41,686 nt of DNA from Candidatus Limnocylindria bacterium. GTDB taxonomy: Bacteria; Chloroflexota; Limnocylindria; QHBO01. The stretch spans positions 1-41,686 of the forward strand of contig JBBQMC010000002.1 in the NCBI GenBank assembly GCA_038328565.1, given 5' to 3'. The notes under the pieces are model-generated. The model was not told where the DNA came from and ran no database searches. It saw only the letters and a program-made list of their open reading frames with translations. Each line of letters opens with the position of its first letter. Position 1 is the stretch's first letter. Shown piece after piece: positions 16,678 through 30,323 of the stretch. The position numbers were made by a program, and so were the translations under genes.

Positions 16678-17733
16678 CTACCGCGGCGCGCGAGTGAACT
16701 GCTCGGTGATGAGGACCCGCTCCAGGCTGTCGAGGTCCTCGAGCACCTTGCCGGTGCCGCGCACGACGCAGGTGAGGGGATCGTCGGCGACGTGCACCGG
16801 CATCTGCGTCGCCTCGGCCACACGGCGATCCAGGCCGGCGAGCAGGGCTCCGCCGCCGGCCAGCACGATGCCCTGGTCCATGATGTCTGCCACGAGCTCC
16901 GGCGGCGTCTCCTCGATCGTCTCCTTGATCGCCTCCACGATCTGCACGACCGACGGCTCGAGGGCCTCGCGGATCTGGTCCCCGCTCACTTCGACGCTGC
17001 GCGGCAGGCCGGTGAGCAGGTCGCGGCCGCGGAACGTCACCGTGCGGTCCGACGCACCGGGATAGGCGGAGCCGACCGCGATCTTGATCTCCTCGGCGGT
17101 CCGCTCCCCCATGAGCAGGTTGTACTCGCGGCGCGCGAAGCCGACGATGTCGACATCCATCTCGTCGCCGCCGATCCGGATGCTGCGCGCGACGACGATG
17201 CCGCCGAGCGAGATGACCGCCACCTCGGTGGTGCCGCCGCCGATGTCGACGATAAGCGATCCCGAGGGCTCACTGACCGTCAGCCCGGCGCCGATCGCCG
17301 CCGCCATCGGCTCCTCGATGAGCCGCGCCCAGCGGGCGCCGGCGTTGATCGTCGCGTCACGGACGGCGCGCTTCTCCACCTCGGTGACGCCGGACGGGAT
17401 GCCGACGAGCACGCGGGGGCGCGGGATGCGGGCGTATCGGTCGTGGACCTTCTGGATGAAGTACCGGATCATCTGCTCGGTGACGTCGAAGTCGCTGATG
17501 ACTCCGTCGCGCAGGGGCCGAATGGCGACGATGCTCGCCGGCGTGCGACCGACCATCCGCTTCGCCTCGGCCCCGATGGCGAGGACGCGCTTCGTCCGGG
17601 TGTCCATGGCGACGACCGACGGCTCGCTGATGACGATGCCGCGATGGCGGACGGTGACGAGCGTGTTGGCGGTGCCGAGGTCGATCCCGACGTCATGGCT
17701 GAGGAGGCCGAGCAGGCCGTCGAAGAGTCCCAA
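16678..17733 (-). CDS. mreB: Rod shape-determining actin homologue MreB
   Basis: DVGIDLGTANTLV...EPSVVA...AIGAEAKRMVGRTP..I.AIRPLRDGVISDFDVTE...LIVDIGGGTTEVAVISLGGIV...GGDEMD...IVLAGGGALL.GLD. There is no in-frame ATG near the true N-terminus. The proposed start is TTG at 17731-17733 (LGLFDGLL..), preceded by GAGAGGGA. The 642-aa track ORF is an artefactual extension. Confidence 0.9.
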   Translation of the reverse strand: MGLFDGLLGLLSHDVGIDLGTANTLVTVRHRGIVISEPSVVAMDTRTKRVLAIGAEAKRMVGRTPASIVAIRPLRDGVISDFDVTEQMIRYFIQKVHDRYARIPRPRVLVGIPSGVTEVEKRAVRDATINAGARWARLIEEPMAAAIGAGLTVSEPSGSLIVDIGGGTTEVAVISLGGIVVARSIRIGGDEMDVDIVGFARREYNLLMGERTAEEIKIAVGSAYPGASDRTVTFRGRDLLTGLPRSVEVSGDQIREALEPSVVQIVEAIKETIEETPPELVADIMDQGIVLAGGGALLAGLDRRVAEATQMPVHVADDPLTCVVRGTGKVLEDLDSLERVLITEQFTRAPR

Positions 17734-17873
17734 GGTCCCTCTCGTATGCGTCGCGGCGGCTGGCACGGAATCCGGCCGCGTCAGAAGTCGGCAGAGGCTG
17801 CGTCCGGGCACGGCGGATCGCGGTGCAACCCTAGCACAGGCCCGGTTCGGCTCCGCACCCGCGCGGATCCCAT

Positions 17874-17911
17874 CCGGTGGACCTATCGGCCAGGAACAGC
17901 CGGTCCACCGG
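17874..17911. promoter_or_regulatory. Perfect 10-bp inverted repeat (CCGGTGGACC-N18-GGTCCACCGG) in the divergent mreB/glgB intergenic region
   Basis: Read directly: arms at 17874-17883 and 17902-17911. It lies about 140 nt upstream of the mreB start and about 154 nt upstream of the glgB start. Confidence 0.35.
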
Positions 17912-18064
17912 CCGAACGTGGCCACCTGTTGCATGGGCTGACAACGGAAGCCAGGAAACGCCGGAATCCGCCTCCAGTTTGGCCGGTACCTCCACCGTGT
18001 GAACCACGGGCGCCCGGGGCTGGCGCGGTCGTGCAGCCCGGGTCGGACGGGTATGGTTAGACCG

Positions 18065-20248
18065 ATGACTGCGCCCACCGGCCGCGACCTCGCCCCGCCC
18101 GCCGCAGACGCGACCCGCCTCATCGCCGGGACGCACCACGACCCGCACGCCATCCTCGGCCGCCACGCTGGCATCGTCCGCGCCTTCCATCCCGACGCCT
18201 CGAGCGTCGACGTCCTCGTCGGCGGCGAGGTCATGACCATGGCGGCGCTCGGTGGCGGCCTCTGGGCGGCCGAGCTGCCCGCGACCGCGGGCGCAGCGCC
18301 GTACCGGCTGCGCTTCGGCTTCCCTGACGGCAACGATTGGCAACGGGACGATCCGTATCGGTTCCTGCCGACCCTCGGCGAGCTCGACCTCCACCTCATC
18401 GCGGAGGGCACCCACGAGCGGCTGTACGACGTGCTCGGCGCGCACCCGCGGACGATCGACGGCGTTGCCGGGGTGGCGTTCGCGGTCTGGGCGCCCGGGG
18501 CGCGCGGCGTGCGCATCGTGGGCGACTTCGATCGCTGGGATGGCCGGATGACGCCGATGCGCTCGCTGGGTCCGACCGGGGTGTGGGAGCTGTTCGTCCC
18601 CGACATCGGTCCCGGCGAGCTCTACAAGTACGAGGTCCTCGGCGCCGACGGCAGCCTGCGCCTGAAGGCCGATCCGCTCGGTTTCGCGATGCAGCTGCGG
18701 CCGGAGTCCGCGTCGCGGGTGTGGCAGCTCGGCCACGCGTGGGGCGACGATGCCTGGCTCGCCGCGCGCGCGACCCGCGAACCGACCCGCAGCCCGCTGG
18801 CCATCTACGAGGTCCATCTCGGGTCGTGGATGCGCCACGAGGACGGGTCGTGGCTCGGCTACGCCGAGCTGGCGCCGCTGCTGGCCGAGCACTGCCGGCG
18901 CTTCAGCTTCACCCACGTCGAGCTGCTCCCGGTGGCCGAGCATCCGTTCGACGGCTCGTGGGGCTACCAGGTGACCGGCTACTACGCGCCCACCGCGCGC
19001 TTCGGCTCACCCGACGAGTTCGCCGCCTTCGTCGACACGCTGCACCAGGCGGGGATCGGCGTCATCGTCGACTGGGTGCCGGCGCATTTCCCGCGCGACG
19101 ACTTCGGGCTGCGCCGCTTCGATGGCACGGCGCTCTACGAGCACGAGGACCCGCGGCTCGGCGAGCACCCCGACTGGGGAACGCTCATCTTCAACTACGG
19201 CCGGCCGGAGGTCCGCAACTTCCTCGTCGCCAACGCCCTCTTCTGGCTCGACGCCTACCACGTCGACGGGCTGCGGGTCGATGCGGTCGCCTCGATGCTC
19301 TACCTCGACTACTCGCGCAAGACGGGCGAATGGGTCCCGAACCGCTATGGCGGACGCGAGAACCTCGAAGCGATCGCCTTCCTGCGAGAGGTGAACGAGC
19401 GCTGCTACGGCCGCCATCCGGGGACCTTCACCGTGGCGGAGGAGTCGACCGCCTTCGGCGGCATCACGCGCCCGACTTACGCCGGCGGGCTCGGATTCGG
19501 GATGAAGTGGGACATGGGCTGGATGCACGATCACCTCGACTATTTCGAGCGCGACCCGGTCCATCGTCGCTGGCACCACGATCGGCTCACGTTCCGCGGT
19601 CTGTACCAGTATTCCGAACACTTCGTGCTGCCCCTCTCGCACGACGAGGTGGTGCACGGCAAGGGCTCCATGCTGCGCAAGATGCCGGGCGACGAGTGGC
19701 AGCGCTTCGCCAACCTGCGCTGCCTCCTCGCCGACCTGTACACCCAGCCCGGCGGCAAGCTCCTCTTCATGGGCACCGAGCTCGCGCCGTGGGAGGAGTG
19801 GTCGCACGAGTGGTCGCTTCCCTGGCACCTGGCGGATGGACCGATGCGCGCCGGCCTGGCGCGCTACCTCGCCGACCTCGGCGCGCTCTACCGATTCGAT
19901 TCAGCGCTGTGGGCCGCCGACCCCGACCCGGAGGGCTTCGCCTGGATCGACGCGACCGATGCCGACGCATCGGTCTACGCGTTCCTGCGCGGCGACCCCG
20001 TCTCCGGGCGCCGGGTGGCGGTCGTCATGAACCTCACCCCGCTGCCTCGGCTCGGCTACCGCATCGGCCTGCCGAGCGGCGGCCGCTGGAGGGAGGCCCT
20101 GAACTCGGACGCCGAGGCGTACGGCGGCTCGAACATGGGCAACCTCGGCGGCGTCGACACCGTCGACCTGGCGTGGCACGGCCAGCCGTTCTCGGCCGAG
20201 CTGACGCTGCCGCCGCTCGCGGTCGTCATCCTGCGTCCGGCCGACTGA
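18065..20248 (+). CDS. glgB: 1,4-alpha-glucan branching enzyme
   Basis: 727 aa counted from MTAPTGRDL. GH13_9 motifs are GVIVDWVPAHF, DGLRVDAVASMLY, FTVAEESTAF and PLSHDEVVHGK. The typical N-terminal HDPHAILG block is present. Confidence 0.92.
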   Translation: MTAPTGRDLAPPAADATRLIAGTHHDPHAILGRHAGIVRAFHPDASSVDVLVGGEVMTMAALGGGLWAAELPATAGAAPYRLRFGFPDGNDWQRDDPYRFLPTLGELDLHLIAEGTHERLYDVLGAHPRTIDGVAGVAFAVWAPGARGVRIVGDFDRWDGRMTPMRSLGPTGVWELFVPDIGPGELYKYEVLGADGSLRLKADPLGFAMQLRPESASRVWQLGHAWGDDAWLAARATREPTRSPLAIYEVHLGSWMRHEDGSWLGYAELAPLLAEHCRRFSFTHVELLPVAEHPFDGSWGYQVTGYYAPTARFGSPDEFAAFVDTLHQAGIGVIVDWVPAHFPRDDFGLRRFDGTALYEHEDPRLGEHPDWGTLIFNYGRPEVRNFLVANALFWLDAYHVDGLRVDAVASMLYLDYSRKTGEWVPNRYGGRENLEAIAFLREVNERCYGRHPGTFTVAEESTAFGGITRPTYAGGLGFGMKWDMGWMHDHLDYFERDPVHRRWHHDRLTFRGLYQYSEHFVLPLSHDEVVHGKGSMLRKMPGDEWQRFANLRCLLADLYTQPGGKLLFMGTELAPWEEWSHEWSLPWHLADGPMRAGLARYLADLGALYRFDSALWAADPDPEGFAWIDATDADASVYAFLRGDPVSGRRVAVVMNLTPLPRLGYRIGLPSGGRWREALNSDAEAYGGSNMGNLGGVDTVDLAWHGQPFSAELTLPPLAVVILRPAD

Positions 20249-20320
20249 TTCCCGATTCCGGCTGCGTGCCCGGCCAGAAATCACTGTGGCGAGGCGTAGG
20301 CGGGAGGAATTGGCCAGGAA

Positions 20321-21085
20321 TCAGCCGGCGGCTGGTTGTGACGGCGCACCTGCGGCACCGTGTGCTCGGGGAGCACGGACGCGCTGCTGACCGGCCCGCG
20401 TACGTCCATCTCGGTTGATATCTGGCAATGGGATGACGGCAAGGACCCCCGAGCCGGGGATCGTCGGGTCCGCCAGCCAGCGGGCTGCCTCGCGGCCGCG
20501 AAGATCGAACCCACCAAAGAGCGTCGGGGCAGCAGCGATCCGGCGGCGCGTGGTCCGGCCTTCGGCCACCACCAGCGCACGCACGACGCGCCCCGCCCGC
20601 CAGCCACGCTCAGCCGCGACGCGAGCGCCAAGGCGCGCCTTGACATCGAGACGGCCCAGCGTTTCGGACACGTCCCAGATGCCGGTCTTGCACTCGGCGA
20701 CCTCGAGTGTCCGCGTTGGTGTGTGGAACGCGAGCAGGTCAATCCGGCCACGCTCGCCGTAGATGCTGAAGCTCGCCTCCGGCCAGATCTCCCACGTCCC
20801 GCGCGCATGCCGCTCGGCCCAAGCTGTAACGAGGGCGGCGTGGTCGCGGTCGAGCAGGCGGTCGAGGTCGCCGAGGCCGCCCCATCGCACGTCGAGGTAT
20901 CCCCTCGTGCCGAGCGCTGCGAGGACGGCCCGCAGCGTCCCGAGCGTGAACCGATCCGCGGCTCCGCGCTCGATTGCCGAGATTGCGGCCTGGCTGACTG
21001 CCGCGACGCGTGCGAGATCGGTCTGGCGCCAGCCGCGGCGCTGTCGAAGCACCCGCACCGCCCGACCGAGCCGTCCGTCGTCCAC
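20321..21085 (-). CDS. XRE-family helix-turn-helix protein fused to a PD-(D/E)xK (Hjc/restriction-endonuclease-like) domain
   Basis: GTG start. The HTH is LGRAVRVLRQRRGWRQTDLARVAAVSQAAISAIERG. The C-terminal half reads ...EIWPE..SIYGERGRIDLLAFHTPTRTLEVAECKTG..., i.e. E...D...ExK on a predicted beta-beta-beta core. The tail is low-complexity. Confidence 0.65.
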   Translation of the reverse strand: MDDGRLGRAVRVLRQRRGWRQTDLARVAAVSQAAISAIERGAADRFTLGTLRAVLAALGTRGYLDVRWGGLGDLDRLLDRDHAALVTAWAERHARGTWEIWPEASFSIYGERGRIDLLAFHTPTRTLEVAECKTGIWDVSETLGRLDVKARLGARVAAERGWRAGRVVRALVVAEGRTTRRRIAAAPTLFGGFDLRGREAARWLADPTIPGSGVLAVIPLPDINRDGRTRAGQQRVRAPRAHGAAGAPSQPAAG

Positions 21086-21104
21086 GCCGGAAGGATGCGG
21101 GGCG

Positions 21105-21129
21105 GTGCCGTACCGACCGGTTACGGCGC
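21105..21129. promoter_or_regulatory. Imperfect palindrome / hairpin between the malQ stop and the HTH-nuclease gene start
   Basis: ggtGCCGTAccgACCGGTTACGGCgc has 6-bp perfect arms at 21107-21112 and 21122-21127 (8 bp as RNA), around an ACCGGT core. It lies 20-45 nt upstream of the GTG at 21085. Confidence 0.3.
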
Positions 21130-21146
21130 GCTTATGCGAGACCCGA

Positions 21147-22960
21147 TCACGAGCGCTGCAGCACCTCGGCGAGGTGCGCGACGAAGCGGTCGTCGCGCAG
21201 CGACTCGATCGGCCGCGGGAGGGCCGTCGACCAGTTCTCGCGCGCCGGCGCCACCGTGCCGGGGATGTTCGGCCGACGCTCGACCTGCATCGCGTCCTCG
21301 AGGGTGCCCGCCACGAGCGCGGCCGGCGACGCAGCCAGCGCGCGGTGCGCGGCGAGCGTCACGGTGGGCAGGTCCGTCGTTTCGGGAACGCCCGCGGCGG
21401 CCGCGATACGACTGCGCAGCAGGGCAAGCCCGGCCGCGTCGGGCGCGAGGCCCGCGGCGGCCTGGTCGGCAAGGTCCGTCCCGCTCCACATCCCGGCAAG
21501 GGTCGGAAGGTCATGGGTCGTGATTGAGGCGAGGGCGCGGCGCGGGTAGCCCGCCGGGGAACGGCGCTCGAAATAGAGGAGGCGGGTGGAGAGCACGTTC
21601 GCATGCGCGAGCCGCGATCGGACGCCACGCGGCACGGTGCCCAGATCTTCGCCCACGATGACCGCACCGGCGCGGACGCTCTCGATGGCGAGGATGGCCA
21701 GCAGCTCGTCAACCGCGTAGCGCACGTATGCGCCGTCGCGGGGATGGGCCCCGGCCGGCACCCACCACATGCGAAACAGACCAAGGACATGGTCGATCCG
21801 CAGCCCGCCCGCATGGCGGAGCCCGGCGCGCACCGTCTCGACGAAGGCACGGTGGTCGCTGGCGCGTGCCAGGTGCGGCACGAAGGCGGGCAGCCCCCAG
21901 TCCTGGCCGATCGCGTTGAACCGGTCCGGCGGCACACCGATCGTCGCTCCGTCGGCCAGCTGCGCCTGCCAATCCCACGCGTCGAAGCCCTCCAGGTCGG
22001 CACCGATCGGCAGGTCGTTGATGATGCGGGTTCGGGCGCCGGCGTGGGCGCGCTGGAGGTCGATCTGCCACTGGAGCCACTCGTGGAACGCAACCCGCGG
22101 CGCGTGGCCGGCGGCGAAGCGCGACACCACCCCGGATGCCGGATCGCGGTAGTCGGCCGCCCAGCTCCGCCAGCGCGGGCCGAGCTCCTCGGACAGCACG
22201 GCAAAGGTCGCCCAGCGTCGCAGCGTCGGACCGATGGCGATGCGGAACGCCTCCGGCACCGCCGGCCGGTCGGCCGCGTGCCAGATGGCGCGCAGGGCGC
22301 GCAGCTTGAGCTCGGCGACGGCCGCGCGATCGATGCGCGGCATGCCGTTCAACGCGCGGCCGGCGGCAGCGAGGCGGACGAGATCGGTGCCGAGGGTATC
22401 GGCGCCGGACACCTCCTCGACCCGCAGGTAGAGCGGCGAGTGCATCCGGCGCGACGACGGAAAGTACGGGCTTGGCTCGGGGATCGCCGCGCCGGGGTTT
22501 GCGGCCCAGGTGGGCGAAACGGTGACGAACCCGCCGCCCTGCGCCGCGGTCGTCCCACCGAGTGTCGCGAGGTCGGCGAAGTCGCCGTGGCCCCAGCTCA
22601 GCGTCGAGCGCGCCGCGTGGAGCTGGACCGCCCAGCCCCAGGCGCGGAGGCCGCGCGGCAGGTGACAGCGCGGCGGGGGGACGAGGAGAAGCTCCCCGTC
22701 GAGGTGGTGGTAGCCGGTCGGCAGGTCCGGCGGCAGCTCGGCCAGCCGCCCGAGCTCGGTGCCGTCCTCGAGGACGATCTCGCCCGGCGTGGCGAGTACC
22801 TGCCCGGGTCGAGCGACGGCGGCGCCGGGTGATGGTGGCGCCGCATCGCCCTCGATCCGCATGGCGGCAAGCACGGCGCGGCGGCTGGCGGCAGGAATGC
22901 GGTGCCGTCGCTCCCAGGCGTCGCGATAGCTCCCCGCGATCCCCCAGGCGCCGGGGTCGG

Positions 22961-22964
<4 letters not shown>
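21147..22964 (-). CDS. malQ: 4-alpha-glucanotransferase (amylomaltase, GH77)
   Basis: GH77 motifs are [50 protein letters not shown] and THDLPT. The GTG start at 22962-22964 overlaps the glgX stop (GTGA). The track ORF is extended to 23270. Confidence 0.85.
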
Positions 22965-25110
<2,146 letters not shown>

Positions 25111-25114
<4 letters not shown>

Positions 25115-26433
25115 GCGTCGCGAAGGATAGGCACCGCGAGCCTCGCAACCACGGCGAGCGGCAGCCAGCGCCATGCCGGCCGGTTGTTCGCCTCGTAGGC
25201 GACCTCGTAGCACGCCTTCTCGAGCTCGAACGCCTCGAGCAGGGCCGCCTCGGGTGGACCGATGGCGCCGTAGGCGCCGGTGAAGGCGGTTCGCGCCTGC
25301 TCGAGCCAGGCGTCGGCATCGAACCGCGCCGCATGCGCGCCCGCTGCCGCGCTGCGCGCCGCGTAGTCGAGGCTGCGCAGCATGCCTGCCACGTCGCGCA
25401 AGGGCGAGGCGTGGGCACGCCGCTCGACGAGCGGCCGCGCAGGCTCCCCCTCGAAGTCGATGACGAGGAATCCGGCGGGCGTGGCAAGCAGCTGGCCGAG
25501 GTGATAGTCGCCATGGATGCGGGTCACCCGCGCGGAGCCACTCGCGCGTCCGAACGCGTCGGCGAAGCGTGCCCGGATTGCCGGGCCGAGGGCGACGAGC
25601 GCGTCGTGCTCGTCCCCGGAGAGCGCGGCGACCGCGGCGGCCAGCTGCGCCTCGGCGGCGGATCGCCAGGCGCCGGTCTCGGAGGTGCCCGCGGAACGCG
25701 CCGCGAAGGCGGGCTCGTCATCATCGGCGGCGAGCGCGTCGTGGAGGCGCCGCGTCAACGCACCGATCTCGGCGGCGGCCGCGATCCCTGCCGCCGGGTC
25801 GCGCGCCAGCAGGGCGAGCATCGCGGCCCACGCATCTCCCCGCGACGGCACGAAGGCCTGGAGGATGGCGACGTCGCACGGCTCGCCGGCGACCGGGAGG
25901 TAGGTCGCCGAGCCGGCGAGCGCCGGCATGCCGTCGAAGCCGTGCGCGGTGAGGAAGGCGCCGATCTCGATGTCAGGGTTGCGACCCGGCTCAAGGAGCC
26001 GGAAGAGCTTGAGGATGAGGCGCTCCCCGAGCACAACGCTCGTGTTGCTCTGCTCGACGCCGAGGCGGCGCTCAGCGAGCGCATCGATCGCCTCGCGCGG
26101 GGAGGGCAGCAGCTCGGCGAGCGCCGGCGTGGCGGCGCAGCGCAGGCGGCCATGGTCGCCGCGGATCTCCGCGCCATCGGCCATGGCGGCCACGATCGCG
26201 CGCCACGACCCGCTGCCGTCTGCGGGCTCCGCGTCGCCGGCGAGCGGGATGACGTAGCGGTCGGCCGTGCCGCCATCGACGTAGGAGACCTTGACCACGA
26301 CGAGGCGCGCCGTCGCGGTGAGGGGCAGCTCGTCGATCGGCGTCACCGCGGCGATGGGCCGCGACTTGGCGCGGAACCAGCGCTGCGCAGCGAGCCAGGC
26401 GGGCGAGGCGGCGATGGCGTCAGCCGTCGCCAT
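25111..26433 (-). CDS. mak: Maltokinase (maltose 1-phosphate-forming; Mak/Pep2)
   Basis: [13 protein letters not shown]..., [29 protein letters not shown], and the kinase core [12 protein letters not shown]....[14 protein letters not shown]. The start lies 14 nt inside the 3' end of treS. Confidence 0.85.
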
Positions 26434-28129
26434 CGGTCAGCTCGAACCAGTAGAAGTCGTGCGGGCCGAGGGTGAGCAGGTATGGCAGCTCGCCGATGCG
26501 CGGGAAATGGACGCGGCCGATCAGCTCCACCGGCACGCGGCCCTCGCAGGCCGACAGGTCGAGCTCCACGTACTGCGCGAAGCGCGACAGGTTCGCGACA
26601 CACAGGATCGTCGTGCCCTCGTGCTCGCGCATGTAGGCGAGGACGCGCCGGTTCTCGGGGTGCAGGAACACGAGCGAGCCGCGTCCGAAGGCCGGGTACT
26701 GCTTCCGCACCCGGATGAGGCGCTTCATCCAGTTGAGGAGCGAGCCGGGGATCCGCTCCTGGGCCTCGACGTTGACCGACTGGTAGCCGTAGACCGGGTC
26801 GCTGACGAGCGGCGAGTAGAGGGCATGGGCGTCGGCGCGGGAGAAGCCCGCGTTCCGGTCGCCGGTCCACTGCATGGGGGTGCGCACCCCGTTCCGGTCG
26901 CCCAGGTAGATGTTGTCGCCCATCCCGATCTCGTCGCCGTAATAGATGATCGGCGTGCCCGGCATGCTGAAGAGGAGCGAGTTGAGGAGCTCGAGGCGGC
27001 GGCGGCTGTTGTCGACGAGCGGTGCCAGGCGACGTCGGATACCGAGGTTGATCCGCGCCCGACGGTCGGCCGCGTACTCGGACCACATGTAGTCGCGCTC
27101 GTCGTCGGTCACCATCTCGAGCGTCAGCTCGTCGTGGTTGCGGAGGAAGATCGCCCACTGCGTCCCCTCCGGGGTCGGCGGCGTCTGGTCCATGATCTCG
27201 ACGATCGGGTACCGATCCTCGCGCCGCAGCGCGATCCAGATGCGCGGCATGAGCGGGAAGTGGAACGCCATGTGGCACTCGTCGCCGTCGCCGAAGTACG
27301 GCAGCACGTCCGGGGGCCACTGGTTCGCCTCGGCAAGCAGCATGCGACCGGGGTGCCGCTGGTCCATGGCGGCCCGCAGCCGCTTCAGCACGGCGTGCGT
27401 CTCGGGCAGGTTCTCGCAGTTCGTGCCCTCGCGCTCGACGAGGTACGGCACGGCATCGAGGCGCAGCCCGTCCACGCCGAGGTCGAGCCAGAAGCGCATG
27501 ACCCGCGTCACCGCCTTCACAACCGCGCGGTTGTCGAAGTTGAGGTCCGGCTGATGGCTGAAGAAGCGATGCCAGTAATGCTGCTGGCTCCCGGCATCCC
27601 AGGCCCAGTTGCTCACCTCGGTGTCCGTGAAGATGATCCGCGCGTCGGCGTAGCGCGAGTCGTCGTCGCTCCACACGTACCAATCCCGCTTCGGGTTGTC
27701 GCGGCTCGCGCGCGACTCGACGAACCAGGGGTGCTGGTCGCTGGTGTGGTTGATGACGAGCTCGGTGATCACCCGCAGCCCGCGACGATGCGCCTCGCGC
27801 ACGAACATCCGGAAGTCACGCAGCGAGCCGTAGTCGGAGTGGATCGCGTAGTAGTCGGCGATGTCGTAGCCGTCATCGCGCAGCGGGGATGGGTAGAACG
27901 GGAGCAGCCAGATGGCAGTCACGCCGAGGTTGGCGATGTAGTCGAGCTTCGCCGTGAGGCCGGCGAAGTCGCCCATGCCGTCGTTGGTCGAGTCGTGGAA
28001 GGCCTTGACGTGGAGCTGGTAAATGATCGCGTCGCGATACCACAGATCGTCGTCGCGGTGGATCGGCACGGTGCCGTCGGTCATCGGCACGCTCGACGGA
28101 TCGAGCGCGGCGTCGCGGGGTGATTCCAT
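26420..28129 (-). CDS. treS: Trehalose synthase / maltose alpha-D-glucosyltransferase
   Basis: [91 protein letters not shown] and [12 protein letters not shown]. The start is taken at MESPRDAAL. Confidence 0.9.
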   Translation of the reverse strand: MESPRDAALDPSSVPMTDGTVPIHRDDDLWYRDAIIYQLHVKAFHDSTNDGMGDFAGLTAKLDYIANLGVTAIWLLPFYPSPLRDDGYDIADYYAIHSDYGSLRDFRMFVREAHRRGLRVITELVINHTSDQHPWFVESRASRDNPKRDWYVWSDDDSRYADARIIFTDTEVSNWAWDAGSQQHYWHRFFSHQPDLNFDNRAVVKAVTRVMRFWLDLGVDGLRLDAVPYLVEREGTNCENLPETHAVLKRLRAAMDQRHPGRMLLAEANQWPPDVLPYFGDGDECHMAFHFPLMPRIWIALRREDRYPIVEIMDQTPPTPEGTQWAIFLRNHDELTLEMVTDDERDYMWSEYAADRRARINLGIRRRLAPLVDNSRRRLELLNSLLFSMPGTPIIYYGDEIGMGDNIYLGDRNGVRTPMQWTGDRNAGFSRADAHALYSPLVSDPVYGYQSVNVEAQERIPGSLLNWMKRLIRVRKQYPAFGRGSLVFLHPENRRVLAYMREHEGTTILCVANLSRFAQYVELDLSACEGRVPVELIGRVHFPRIGELPYLLTLGPHDFYWFELTDGDG

Positions 28130-28149
28130 CGGTCTCGTTCGCCTGCGCG

Positions 28150-30246
<2,097 letters not shown>

Positions 30247-30323
30247 TTCGGCCTCAACCCTACCCGATGCGCAAACCGTGAGCCGAACCCCGCGGCGCGC
30301 CGCGGGGTAGTGTCCGGTGACTG

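Noticed and set aside
20271-20323. Imperfect direct repeat GGCCAG[A/G]AATCA (two copies, 40 nt apart) between glgB and the HTH-nuclease gene
   Set aside because: It is a 12-nt imperfect match. One copy overlaps a stop codon. I could form no convincing terminator hairpin around it. It is likely chance.
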